Part shown: one piece after another, positions 12,569 through 63,317 of the stretch | Layout: each line of letters opens with the position of its first letter | Numbering within the stretch: position 1 is the stretch's first letter | Source of the DNA: Eledone cirrhosa | Taxonomy: Eukaryota | Length of the DNA stretch: 64,000 bases | Reading direction: 5' to 3' | NCBI GenBank assembly: GCA_964016885.1 | Contig: OZ024741.1 | Span: forward strand, 116,312,001-116,376,000 | Notes under the pieces: model-generated | What the model saw: the letters and a program-made list of their open reading frames with translations, nothing else | Told to the model about the DNA's origin: nothing | Databases searched by the model: none | Made by a program: the position numbers and the translations under genes

Positions 12569-13127
12569 AATATATATATATATCATCATCCTCATCATAT
12601 CAAGCTTACTCGGACATTCATCAGCCTAGCACGCCATCCATTACAATCAAGTATAAGAGTTGGGAGGTCATTATGGGAGCATCCTGTATCTCTACATAGT
12701 TGGTCGATGTATGTTAAAGCCGGTCGGCCAACCTTCTCTTTCAAACCTCTTATTAGTTCTTGCAAGTTTCTCATTAGTTCTTGACATAAGCAGTACTGGC
12801 ACCAAATATGGTTTGTTTGCTTGTTTGTTTTATTTTATAATTAAGGAGACAAAACTGAAAGTGCACAGCTGAGAATTAGTGTTGACCTCATAATTATATT
12901 ATTTCATTGCCATTACTATGTGACATGTTAATATATATACATATATATGATGGTGGTGGTGGTGGTGATGAAGATGATGATGATGATGATGATGATCATG
13001 ATGATGATCATGATGATGATGATGATCATGATGATGAGGAGGAGGAGGAGGTTTATATTTATCTAAACTCACTCCATCATTATTTTATGTAAGAATTACG
13101 ATCAAGTTATGCTTCAAACACCGGCTT

Positions 13128-13305
13128 AATAATTGTTTCTACTTTTGGCACAAGGCCAGCAATTATTCAGTGCATTACTGGTACTTTATTTAATCGACCC
13201 CGTAAGGATGAAAGGCAAAGTTAACCTCGGCGGGATTTGAACTCAGAATGGCAAGGGCCGTAACTCTATGTGCCAAATCATGGCCTCCAACCCTCTACCA
13301 ATCCC
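13128..13305 (-). mobile_element. tRNA-derived SINE
   Basis: Near-complete copy of the family seen at 819-1000. Confidence 0.85.
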
Positions 13306-13939
13306 TCAAAATCCCTACAAATTCTTATTTACTGCCTATGATTTTCGAATAATTTTGAAAATTATCAAGAATTTGAAAGGATTTAGTAAAATAAGAAACT
13401 TTGTCATAATTTAGTTGAAATTTTAAAAGTATCTTCATAGTCTGATGATAGCAGATAAATACTAGACCACCCATGACCCGTTGGGTCACGTTCACTTAAC
13501 ATTTTTTTTAAAATCCTGTTCACTTTAAAATAATTTTTCCCTGCTTATATTTTCTTTTTAGTTATATATGCTATTGTCTCCCTTCAATTTGACCATTAGT
13601 CACCAGTGGTTGGTCCACTAACTTTGTGAATGGCTAGCTTGAACTGTTAATGACCGGATTACTATCTGGCCACTCTGCTTCTTGACTGAAATAAAATCTA
13701 GGTGACTCTCAAGAGAAAGTTCTTTATGTCAGTCTGTCTGTCTGGATGTTTGTCTGTATATGTGTGAGTGTATGTGTGTGTCAGAATGTTTATGTATGAA
13801 TGTGTGTCAGAATGTATGAATGTATTTATGTGTGTATGTACATACGTATATATTTTCTCTTTCTCTTAATTTCGAGTACATTTCTGACTGGCCAACTTCC
13901 TGGTGGCAAGGTTGTAAAAGAAAAGAAACTGTCGTCCTT

Positions 13940-14160
13940 TGAATCACAAGAACGTTTTGCAAATTTTGAAGGTGCCAGATATCGCTGCCATTTGTAGTCT
14001 ATGAAATAAGGAGGTGTATTCTTTGTCCACAAATCTAAATTCAGTAATACTTTGGACCAAGCAGGTTGGTCTATAACCTGTAGCTTCAATAATAATGGGT
14101 ATTGAAGCTGTAGGTGTATCTAGGATACTGGATCTGCAAACTTCTCATCAATGGTTCATG
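13940..14160 (-). mobile_element. Degenerate 3' end of an R4-like (RLE) non-LTR retrotransposon
   Basis: The minus strand reads EPLMRSLQIQYPRYTYSF/PIIIEATGY...LQMAAISGTFKICKTFL*, homologous to the ORF at 17029-17469. Confidence 0.7.
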
Positions 14161-15598
14161 TATGTATGTTTTTTACCTGGGATTGAAAGGCTCCCAGTTG
14201 TTGTCACGACACCTTTCTAGGAAACCCTGAAAAAAACCTGCGGCTTCAGAAGCATCCGATGATGTTGACCAGTTCACCTTTTTGGGTAGTGTTTTCAATG
14301 CTCAGAGAGTGGGATTGGTTGAGTGCAAGGCCTTTCCCCACTTACAAAGACTTCAAAGCACAGGTGTTGCTTGCGCAGGATATGTTACAGGTTCATGTGG
14401 CTGGCCGTAGCCTAAAAGTGCACCAAACTTTATAATCTGACAAGCGATTGCAATACTCTTAGCAGAGTTTGCATCCATTATGTATGTATCTATCTATCTA
14501 TGTATGTACATATGTACGAATGTATATATGTATACATGCATGTATGTATGTATGTCAGAATGTATGTGTGTGTGTGTGTGTCAGAATGTATGTGTGTATG
14601 AGTGTTACAACTGAACCACAAGATTTACATCAGAGTTTCCTTCTCTTAGAGAGATATCCTAATGAGGATCAGGGGTCTTTCACTCCCAGTGGGCTTACCA
14701 TGCACTCAAACACCAGTCTGAGTAGTTCTATGTGCCTGTGTATAATATGTATACATATCTACATACTATTGGATGGCTGTTCATCTGCCCTTTGTAAAGT
14801 TTTGTTTTCATCCTACAGAGTATCCAACATCAATAGTAACCAATGATCTTGATCTGTTCTTCTTTTCGGATTATAACTATTGTTGCTCAGTGCATGCATG
14901 CATGCCCATGTGCACTGCAAGCAGCATATTTAGCCAGTGCTTATCCCAGTTTCATGGCGTGAAGACTTCCTCCTGGACAGGATGCCAGTCCATCACAAGG
15001 TTAAACCCCCAGATATCGCTGGAACTCATTTTCAGTTCAGTATACTAGAGCAACGGGAAATGAAGTGTTTTGCTTAACAACACAATACACAACCCAGCCC
15101 AGAACCCACAACATTACAATTGTAAGTCCAACACCTTTACCATGAGGCCACATGCCTTTACTTGTTGTTCAGTAAATGGGATTAATTCAGTGCAAGGCCT
15201 TTCTTCACTATAAACATCTTCCTGTACAGGCTTCACTCGATATCATATGATCTGTAAATGATGTGAATGGCTGACCATTAACACTCACAAGACTCAAAGT
15301 GATGTTGTTTGATAAATATACCTGATCACGGGGTGGCTGCCATATATGTTTGTATGTATGTTTGTATGTATGTTTGTATGTTAGTATGTATGTATTTATG
15401 TATGATGTATGTGTGTATGTGTGTAGCCAAGTACAACCTGTCACATAGCTGAGTCGTCGGCAACTAAACTGGCAACCCCACCAAATTTTCTTGGTGAGGA
15501 GGGTGATTTTGGACACCCTGCAGGACAAAAAACAAAACCTGACAAAGGACGGAAGAACTCATAAGAGTCAATGGCCATCCAAAAACGTATAAAAATGT

Positions 15599-16272
15599 AT
15601 ATACATATGAATGTATATATAGTGTATTTTGCAATACACTGTATGCTTAATTAAAAGCATTTCGAAGACCTTATGCTATTGTTTTAGAGTAGTGAGAGTC
15701 TCACTTACTTTAATTTTCAGCAGGCAGGGGAGATAAAGCTGACAGAGCTCTGTTTCGCATTTTTTTATGCTTATCAAAGCTAACTACTCCTCCTGTTTGC
15801 TGAAAATCATGAATGTTTGATTCTTATAGAATTCTTAGTAATAATCAGTAATAATCTTCGAAATGCTTTTAATTAAGCATACAGTGTGTTGCAAAATACA
15901 CTATATATACATTCATATATATATCGCTATTTCAGAGCACCAATTCTAATTTTCAATTTCTGCTTGACTGGCAACCGCTCTGTATAATCAGTTCCTGATT
16001 ATTACTAAGAATTCTATAAGAATCAAACATTCATGATTTTCAGCAAACAGGAGGAGTAGTTAGCTTTGATAAGCATCAAAAAATGCGAAACAGAGCTCTG
16101 TCAGCTTTATCTCCCCCTGTTTGCTGAAAATTAAAGTAAGTGAGACTGTCACTACTCTAAAACAATAGCATAAGGTCTTCGAAATGCTTTTAATTAAGCA
16201 TACAGTGTATTGCAAAATACACTATATATACATTCATATATATATCGCTATTTCAGAGCACCAATTTTAATT
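15599..16272. repeat. 321-bp unit in partial tandem plus inverted arrangement
   Basis: 15599-15848 is the reverse complement of about 15995-16242, and 15855-15950 is directly repeated at about 16177-16272. Confidence 0.9.
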
Positions 16273-16862
16273 TGTATATACAAATGTATCTATGTGTATA
16301 TGTATATATGTATATAGATGTATACATATGTATGTATATGCGTGGGGACATAAAAATAGTCGGGCTGGATACCCGATCGTGTGGTTAAACCACTGGGAGT
16401 GAAGGACCCCTAGCCTTTGTCTAGGAGAAGGCAACTCAGGAAACTGGGATAACTCCGACATAAAATTTGCACCTCAGCAGTTACCGATGATGTTGATCTT
16501 TTCTTTTTTTCGGGTTATAGCTACTGTCGCTCAGAGAGTGGGATTGGCTCAGTGCACAGTATTTCCTCACTTAGAAAAAAATCTTCACGCACAGGCATTG
16601 CACAATACCATTAATTGATAATTATTAATAATGTTATATCGTGCAATAGCCATACTCGATAATGAGGGGGCAGCCATCATGTATGTGTGTATGTATGTGT
16701 GTATGTATGTATTTATGAATGTATGTGTGTATGTATGCGTGTATGTATGTATTTTTGTATGTATGCATGTGTGTGACAGAATGCTTGTGTATATGTGTAT
16801 GTATGTATTTATGTATGTATGAGTCAGAATGCTTGTATATGTGTGTATGTGTGTATGTATAT

Positions 16863-16895
<33 letters not shown>

Positions 16896-17039
16896 GTCAT
16901 TTAACGTACATTCTCCACGCTAGCATTAGTTAGATGGGTTGTCCGATTTGAAGCAAGTTGTGTTAGGTGACCATATCCTGCTCATACAGAACTGTTTCAG
17001 GCTAGATTTCTACGGCTTGATGCCCTTTCTAATGCCAAC

Positions 17040-17430
17040 CATATTTACAGAATTTTTGGAATGTTTTACATATTTTTACTGTTCCATTAATGGATTGTAC
17101 TTGTAATTTCCTAACTAGTTGTGTTCTTTTTGTTTCTGTGAAACCCAGCTTCTCAAGATTTGTATTGAGGCAGTTACTAACATATCCCACTGCCCCAATA
17201 ATCACAGGCATAAATCTGAAGGTATAATCAGGGTGGAGTATCTGCAGATTTCTCATTAGTTCTGCATAGATATTCTCCTTTTCGCTAATCTTTGATATTA
17301 TGTTGGCATCTGCTGGGCAGCTAACTTCCACTACTATGCATGCCTTCTTTTCCTTGTCCCATATCATAATATCTGGTCTGTTATGCCTGCATTTTATTGG
17401 GGTTTTTACTGGAACATTCCACCAGTACTC
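17040..17430 (-). mobile_element. R4/Dong-like non-LTR retrotransposon fragment, restriction-like endonuclease domain
   Basis: YWWNVPVKT..HNRPDIMIWDK..IVVEVSCP..KISEKENIY..PVIIGAVG matches the RLE PD..E..K..Y pattern. Confidence 0.85.
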
Positions 17431-17811
17431 TTGATGATGATGATGATGATTTTTCCAGTCTTTCCACATCTGTCACTTTAATAGTTCTATCAATAGTGTT
17501 GTTTCACCACCAGGTCACCCTCTGATGGCTGATGATTTGCTCCAGCCTCATCAGTAATCTATAGTGGGTTGTCTCATAGAAACCTCCAGTTGTCCTCTAT
17601 GTCATATGTATCTAACTCCTCCTCCCTTGTCATATGTATCATGAAAGTTTGTCTGGATCTATAATTAAGAAAGAGGTTTTTTTCAAGTCATTACTCTCCT
17701 CTCCAGATTTTTCTGTTTCTTGTTCTGTCTTATGCTTATTCAGATGTCACTAATAGCTAACTTGTGTTGTGAGGTACATTCTTCTTTAGGGAAGGACTTA
17801 GCATTCATAAC

Positions 17812-19570
17812 AATCTCATCATCATCAGGTCGAGCTTCCTCGGCTTTCTACGACACGTTTCCTCCATCCATCTCTGTCTCTCATAGCGTTTGCCAGTTCT
17901 TCTGCAGTGCATCCAGTATCGTCCTCAAGTTGCTTGACGTATGTCTTCTTGGGACGACCAGCATTTCTTGCTCCATGAGATGGACTCCATAACAACACAT
18001 CACCTGCTATTTCTTCCCTGCTGCGCCAACAGTGGCCAGCAAATCTGAGTCTCTGTCCACGTATTGACCCGCTGATAGGTGGTATATTGCCATAGAGATC
18101 CTTATTTGTTGGGTGTTCCCTCCAAGACACGTTTAAAGCAGCGCGGAGCATACGTGTGTATGCCGCGTCTAGCTTTTTCTCCAGCTTCGACGTTAGCATC
18201 CAAGTGATAGAGCCATAAACAAGCTCAGACTCCACAGCAGCTCTGAAGAAATTCCTTTTCAGTTTGGCCGGCAGGTTTGATTTCCATATCTTTTCCATTG
18301 CATTCAATTCTCCCCAGGCTTTTCCCAGTCTGATGTTAACATTATGTTCTGTGGAGGCGATATAGCTAGCCAGGTATTTGAAGTCGTCAACTTGCTTGAT
18401 TATATCGCCGTTTAGACTTCGCATACCAACTGAGGAGTCTTGGTTCAGGCAAATATATTCTGTTTTGCCTGTGTTGATATAGAGTCCGATTTCCCTTGCA
18501 ACTGATTCGATGCTGTGAAGTAGTGATGTTGCATCCTTAAGGTAGTCAGCGAGGACCGCTAAATCATCCGCATAGTCAGCATCGGTGATTTTCTGAGCTG
18601 CATGGGGTCTACACTTTCGCTTTGTGAGAGTGAAACCAAGCTCTAAGTTTTCGTCCAGGGCTTTTCTCAATACATAGTTGAGGCAGATGATAAAAATATA
18701 TGGTGCAAGAGTATCCCCTTCGAGTACTCCTGCAATGATGTCAAAGAAGTTGGTATCTCCATCAGGTGAGCACATCATGATGGCATTTACTGTTTCCTTT
18801 GGCAAGCCGTAGGCTAGAAGTATCTCTCTCATCCTCCCACGATGGATGGAATCGAATGCTTTTGAAAAGTCAATAAACAGGAGAGTTGCTGGGAGGTTTT
18901 TGGCTTTTACGCCTTCCAAGATAAGCCGAATAGTAAGTATTTGCCCTGATGTTTATCTGTTGGTGTGGAAGCCATTTTGGTTTTTTCTCAGCAAGGGGTC
19001 AATGACAGGTCTTATTCTGTCAAACAGCATGAGATTGTATATCTTTGCGGCAATTGCCATTAGTGTTATGCCATGGTAGTTTTTAGCCATTCCAAGATTG
19101 CCCTTTTTGGGAAAAAGGAGTATACATCCCTCAGTCCATTTGTCTATGGGGTCTTGATTATAGACACCATTACCTCTAGTAGGATTGGGTGAAATTCAGG
19201 TACCTTCCACACTTCAGCTGGAATCTCGTCGAGTCCGCACGCTTTTCCGTTACCAATACTTTTCACTGCTTTATGTAGTTCCTCCATAGTGAAAGGACCT
19301 TTCTGTATTTGGTGTTCCTCTGTAAAAACGGGTATTATTTCTTCTTCGATGATCTGTGGTGCTTTGCCAAGTAGGTTCTGAAAATGTTGTTGCCACAGTT
19401 TTAAACGTTTGTCTTGACTGGAGGCTTTCAGTTTGGCTCTGTCACTACTTTTTCTGCCACTAATTTCATTGACAGTTTTCCAGGCTTCAGCAGACTTCTT
19501 ATTGCTGACAGTACTCGAGATATGATTGATCTTTCTCTGCATGTATTCGGCTTGCTCAAAGCTAGACATA
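17812..19570 (-). mobile_element. RTE-clade LINE, 5'-truncated, with disrupted RT
   Basis: LLFIDFSKAFDSI, GVLEGDTLAPYIF, YADDLAVL, FKYLAS and RLRFAGHCWR motifs; stops and frameshifts upstream; (TGA)n tail. Confidence 0.92.
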
Positions 19571-19699
19571 ACAATCTACCTATTCCATATGGGACAAAGA
19601 GAGAGAAAAAAAAATGGTAAAATTAGGGGATTCTAGTTTAATGCTCAGAAGTGAAAAAAGGTGTATATATCATTACTAAGAGAGTTTGTATATGGTTGT

Positions 19700-19880
19700 T
19701 TAGGCATATTGGTAGAGGATCGGACACCATGCTTTGCAGCATAGAGTTACGGTGCTTTACAGTCTGAGTTCAAATCCCACCGAGGTTAACTTTGCCTTTC
19801 ATCCTTATGGGGTCGATAAAATAAATCACCAGTGATGCTGGGATAATTGCTGGCCTGTGCCAAAAGTAGAAGCAATTATT
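19700..19880 (+). mobile_element. tRNA-derived SINE
   Basis: B-box GTTCAAATCCC followed by GCCTTTCATCCTTATGGGGTCGATAAAA. Confidence 0.8.
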
Positions 19881-20400
19881 AAGAAATGGTTATTGTGACA
19901 AGAGAGTTAAAGTGAAGGGAGATAAGTTAACAAAAGTTTTAGTTTAAAGATACATCTAAATGTGTATATGTGTTGTATGTGTATGTATGTATATGTGTGT
20001 GTGTGCAGGCAATAAATGCATGTGGATGGTAGGGAGTTGAGAGGAACTGTGAAGGCAAGTTCAATGCTGGTGGGTAGCAGGTGTTGAGCCAGAAAATGAA
20101 CTGTTGTACACAATTTATTCTGGATTAGTTAGATACATGGTGGAGACAGACCCCGAACATGTTTAAGTTGTTGCTAGAATGTCATCATCACCAATATATA
20201 TGTGTGTGTGTGTGTGTGTGTGTCACCATAATCATCATAATCACCATCATATTATCTATGCTTTTCCATGCTTGCAAGGACTAAAGGGGTTTTTTCCAGC
20301 ATAAACTCCCTCCACTCATGTTCCTTCATGATTTCCTCTGTAAACACACACATATCATCATCATCACCTTATATTATATCTATTTTCCTCTCCTTTACAG

Positions 20401-20616
20401 CTCCTGATGAAAGAGCAAGACAAACTATTGATACGAAAATTTATTCATCTGCGAAACATCATCCAAAAATTGAAATGCACAATGGAAAAACCATTTTCAA
20501 CGTCTGACATCAATGACGTTGTTTCTATTGAGAATATAAGTTCTTCTTTATCACAAATCTCTCTCCAAGAAGATATCTTTGATGATGTAACTTTCCGAGA
20601 TGTGGAAGAATTTTGA
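20401..20616 (+). CDS. Exon 2 (terminal) of the FAM167/AARD-like gene: LLMKEQDKLLIRKFIHLRNIIQKLKC...VEEF*
   Basis: Acceptor ttttcctctcctttacag ends at 20400. The spliced ALKWIQQEILLMKEQDKLLIRKFIHLRNIIQKLK matches the recalled FAM167 pattern AIEWLRKELxEMRxQDQQLARQLMxLRxDIxKLK. Confidence 0.8.
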   Translation, partial: LLMKEQDKLLIRKFIHLRNIIQKLKCTMEKPFSTSDINDVVSIENISSSLSQISLQEDIFDDVTFRDVEEF

Positions 20617-21344
20617 GAGAGAACAGTGACACTTGTTGCAACTGCACCATATATACAAAAGTAGTCAGACTTCTGCAGAGACTAATGTGGAAGTTTGAGG
20701 AATTCAGCTAATATGGTGATGGTACAGTGGAAATATTTCAATCTGGATTTGTCTCATACAAGTAATGTCCCCAGGCTTGAAATATTTCAATTTAGTAATG
20801 GTCTGGGGCCAAACTGGGGCATCAGCTTCAGGGATTTTAGTTGCTTTGTTGCCTAAGCTGGCCTTTGTTGAAAAGGGACATATCTCTTGTGGAAAAAATA
20901 TCGCAAAGTATTTTGTTTGATGCAATAATTTATCAAAATTCCCTAGCCAATATACAACCACACACAAACATATATGTATGCACATATATATTCACATATA
21001 CAATAGGCTTCTGCATAGTTTCTATCAACTAAATTTCATTCAACATATAAGAAGACATTTGCTAAGCTGCTGTGTAGTGGGCTGGAATGCAGAGCAATAT
21101 TTTCTACCATTAATTTGGTCACCTATTCATGTGTCAATCTATTTATCTATCTCTGTTATATATATATATCCATATACCCATTTATATATATATATCCAGA
21201 CCCATGCTAGCGTGGAAAATGGACGTTAAACGATGATGACGATGATATAACAAAGAAAGTGTGGTAAGAAACCAGGTGGACCATAACGCATCAGAGTACA
21301 TTAACTGAATGAACACTCAATATATGCTAATTAGGTCACTTAAT

Positions 21345-21770
21345 GTCGTAACTAATTAATCATAGCAACACCAATGTCTTAACTGACCAGTCATAAAACT
21401 ACAAATGTCTTAAGTGATCAGTCATAGCACCACCAGGGTTTTAATTGACTAATCACAATACTATGTCTTAACTGACCAACCACAACACTACAAATATCTT
21501 AACCGACCAGTAATAACACGACTAATGTGTTAACTAACCAGTCATATCCTGACCAATGTCTTAACTGACCAATCATAACACTACAAATGTCTTAACTTAT
21601 CAATCATAACAGCATAACACTATAAATATCTTAACTGATCAGCCATAACACCACCAATTTCTTAACTGACCAATCACAGCACTACAAATATCTCAACAGA
21701 TCAGTCATAGCACCACCGATGTCTTAACTAATCAGTAATAACACGACTACTGTCTTAACTACACAGTACT
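21345..21770. repeat. ~33-bp minisatellite (CTTAACTGACCAGTCATAACACTACAAATGT-like), about 12 degenerate units
   Basis: TCTTAACTGACCA recurs at roughly 33-bp spacing. Confidence 0.85.
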
Positions 21771-24072
21771 AAGCACATTCGCAATGTTATTAAATAAAAT
21801 TAATCAGCTTTTGGTAGGACTCAAACTACAGTTCCCAACTCTTCAATACACTACATTGGTACCGTTTAATACCACATCCTGTTTTTGATAAATATGGGGA
21901 AATTTTAACAAAACAAAACAAAAAAAAAAAAAAAAGAATGGAAGAAAGAATGAAAGAAATAAACACACTGAAATAATGACTGGCATATTTAAAATATTTT
22001 TATTTCAAACACCAAACTACCCATCCAATATTTTTGTTTAAATAAAAAACGTTTTTTTAATGGTTTTACAGATCTTTTTCTTTGATAATGTTGAAAATCA
22101 TCACTATCACAATTTTATACCTGTTTTGAGTTGGACAGGTCCTCTCCAATAAAGCATGTTATTACTTGTTACATTCCTTTACCATAATCTTTGATAGGTT
22201 CAGCATCCTCAAATCAAATTTCAGCTTCTATGCCCATGTCTTCCTTCTCCACATTTACCTTTCAGCTTGGATCACTTGGTACTTCTTTAACCAATTGTCA
22301 ACATCATCATCATCATCATATCATATCTGCTTTTCCCTGCTTGCATGGATTGGATAAGTCCCCTCCAACAGTGTTTCAGCACTTGTTGCATTCTTTTGCC
22401 ATACACTTTATCAGGTTCATTATCCTGAGATCAGCTTTCATCTTCTCTGCTTCTGTCTTCCTTCTTCACATCTACTCTGGTACTTCTTTACCCAACTGTC
22501 AAAATCCATACACATTAAATGTCTGATTTTCTCTCTTCCATTTTATTTATTATTTTTCATCTACCCAGTTTTTCTCTCAGCTATTTGTTCTTTGTCATTC
22601 ATGAACTTCCAGTCTCGGCACATCCTCCACATTCAATGTTCATCTTATTAATATAGAATCCAGCCTGATGTCTAGATCCAAACATCAGAATTTGGGAGGG
22701 TCAGCTGTCAGGGTCAATGAAGATTTTGAGAATTAACTCTTTTGATGCCAAACTGCTTGAAACTGCTCCCAATTCTATGATACAAAGCTGTTTATTTTAA
22801 AGTGTTTATAATTATCTAAAACCTTCTATCGTAATTTTATGTAGGAACATTTGTTTTGTTTCAAACACCACCAGCTGAACCCTTCTGACACCAAACCTCT
22901 TGAAACTACCCCTGATTCTATGATATCAAACTATTTATTTTAAAGTGCTTATAATTACCTCAAATCTTACCATCATAATTTTATGTAAGACCCTTGGTTA
23001 AGGTATGTTTCAAAACAACAACTTAATAATGAGAAAGTTATATTACTAAATCTCTTCAAAGTTTTAGTTATTTTTGAAATTATTTAAAAATCATAGGCAG
23101 TATATTTCATTTGAAATATGGTAATGAAAATATTAATATTGATTTCTAACATAGACATAAGGCCTTGAATTTTTTGAGAGAGGGTACAGTCATATCGACC
23201 CAAGAACTCGATTGGTACTTTATTTTATATTGCTAAGTGGTGTTATTAAGTGGAACATGGCCTGAGCCAAAACCAGCTGAAAACTGCCAAAGTTATCAAA
23301 GTTACTGTGGAATGATTTGAACTCAGAACATGAAAGTGTCTGTAACTAAAATAACATGAGTTATTTTGTCTGAAGCTCCACAAACTCTGGCAGTTTACTG
23401 CTCTATTAGTATCGATTGCTAATTTAGGCACAAGGCCAGAAAGCTTGGGGTAACGAGCATAGTTGATTAAAACAACCCCAGTAATTCACTGGTACTTTAT
23501 TTATCAACACCGGAAGGATGAAAGGCAAAGTTGACCTCACCAAGGTTTGAACTCAGGATATAAAGAACCAGTTCAAATACCATAATGCCATTTTATCTGA
23601 TACTCTACCAATTCTGCTAATCCAGCTCCCTTACTGTCCTATTAATATTGCAATCATTTGGATGTTAATCACATGATCTCTCCAAATCTTAGCCTCAAAC
23701 TTTTTCAGAGATTAAATATATTTGTCACATCTTTCTGGAGTCAATCTTCCCTTTTTTACATTATTTAATTTTTTTCTCTCTTCCTATTTATTAAGTGAAA
23801 TAAAGTTTGAATAATAATCAATTGAATAGACCACAGATTTGTTGCAGATATCCCAAATCAGCAAATTTACAACACCTCCAACCCCCAAGAAGGCAAAATT
23901 AATACTCTGGGGATAGGTTTAACACAGTTTGGGACGCCCTGAGTTAGTGTCTTTGGATTGTAAAATTTCCATACACAAGAAATTTAAGAAAAATAATTCA
24001 ACAAACAGTAACAAAGAAATTCCATTCGATAAAATTTAGTTTTATTTTTACTTTTTTGGTGTTTTCCTCCAT

Positions 24073-24310
24073 TTAACCCTTTTGTTATCAAACCACCCAT
24101 GGTTTTACACTACAAAACTTTGTTTTAAAGTGAAGCTTTCCATCACATTTCTATGTAAGAACATTTGTTAAGTTATATTCCTAACACTAACTTAATAATG
24201 AGAAAGTTAGTTATATTAATAAAATTCCTTCAAATTCGTGGTTATTTTCAACATTATTTGAAAACCATAGACAGTATATTTCAGGAGAAATGTGGTTACA
24301 AAAGGGTTAA
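24073..24310. mobile_element. TTAA-flanked MITE with CCC...GGG termini (piggyBac-like)
   Basis: TTAA CCCTTTTGT ... ACAAAAGGG TTAA. Confidence 0.7.
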
Positions 24311-24582
24311 CAGAATTTCAGCAATTTTTTTTCTTTTGTATTAAATATAAAATAAAAGCAATGAAAGTTTCTATAGAACATTTTTGGTAATGATATTTTC
24401 AGTAAAGCAATATGGTATCATTTGATGGAGGAAAAAAAAAACATCAATTTAAATAAAAACTGCTCCATTTGAAGCAGTAGAGATGAAGTTGATGTTGAAA
24501 ATGTCAAAAGTGCATTGCGAGTGGTTTGACAATGATTCTCAGCAGATTTACTTATAGCCAATTTCCTCAAGAAGGCAGAGAG

Positions 24583-62044
<37,462 letters not shown>

Positions 62045-62275
62045 CTGCAAGAAAATATAAATATAGAGAGATAGATGTGTGTGAGTATGTGCTACTGTGA
62101 GAACTATGCTTCCAAAACTATACACAATGACTTCATGATTTATTAGGCTCATAAAATCACCATAACTATATAATCTTCAAGCCAATAGAGATGACTTTAT
62201 AAGGTCATTCAACCAGTTAATAATAACAGCCAAATCTCAAATTACACGCAATTAACAAGCATGTTAACCCATTCA

Positions 62276-62499
62276 TTAACCCTTTAGCATTTACATTATT
62301 CTATTTTTACTATTGTTTTTTCACAGTAAAGGCTTTATCAGAATATCTCACAGAATATCAAAATCATGAGATTTTGATATTATTTATTTTGATAACAATA
62401 TCTTAACATAAGTATGTGTTGCCAGTTACAGCCAGTTTAAATAGAAAGACATGAGAGAATTCTGGCCTAATATGGCCGGTTTAAATGCTAAAGGGTTAA
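62276..62499. mobile_element. TTAA-flanked MITE (piggyBac-like termini)
   Basis: TTAA-CCCTTTAGCATTTA ... TAAATGCTAAAGGG-TTAA: perfect 14-bp TIRs. Confidence 0.8.
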
Positions 62500-63317
62500 G
62501 GTATTTTTCCTTGTTTCAAATGTAGAAACAATTATTAAGCTGATGTTTGGAACATAACAAAAAGATCTTACTTAAAATTATGGAAGGTTTTAAATTAAAT
62601 ATGAGCACTTTAAAAAAGGCAGTTTTGTATCATAAAACCATAGGTAGTTTCAGGCAGGTTGGTATTGAAAGGATTGAAGTCATTTTCCCCACTAGAGTAG
62701 GGGTTAGCCATGTAAGCTCCCTGAAATGGAATCTGCATGTCTGATGCTACTACTTAATGTCAACGTGACTTTATCTCTTCAGTGATCATTTTTCTAATGA
62801 AATACACTATATTTAACTATAATTAATGAAGAATTTGGAGAGATTTAATAAAATAATAATTTTTTTCATTATCATAATGGTATTTGTAATATACACAAAG
62901 AGTTCTTAAATCAAATTATGTTGAAATATTTTTCATTTAAACAGGAACCTTTTAAAATGGAAGACAGTGAATTGAAAGAGTTGTTAGAGCATTGCATTTA
63001 AAATGCTTCAGTATTTGTTCTAGCTCTCTGTGCTCTGGGTTCAAATCCCACTGAAGTTGACATTGCTTTTCAAGGTCAATAAATAAAGTACCAATCCAAT
63101 ACTGAGGCCATTTCTTGTTGGAAGAAATGGGCTATGTTCTGACCTGGAGAGGGAAGGGCTCTGCTCTGTGCTGGACTTACCTATAAGCTAAATAAGTTAT
63201 AGCTTGGGGCTACACATAAGTTATAGCTCAGGGGCCTCATTTTTAAAATATATCTTTATTTTAACATTTGTTTTTAGTCTTTAACACTAAATCATCAAAA
63301 ATTATATACATATATTC

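Noticed and set aside
13826-14089. Nested antisense gene exon in the FAM167-like intron
   Set aside because: Another frame matches the R4-like retrotransposon C-terminus at 17040-17430.
21345-21770. CRISPR-like regular repeats
   Set aside because: The units are contiguous and degenerate with no unique spacers. There are no cas genes and the context is eukaryotic.
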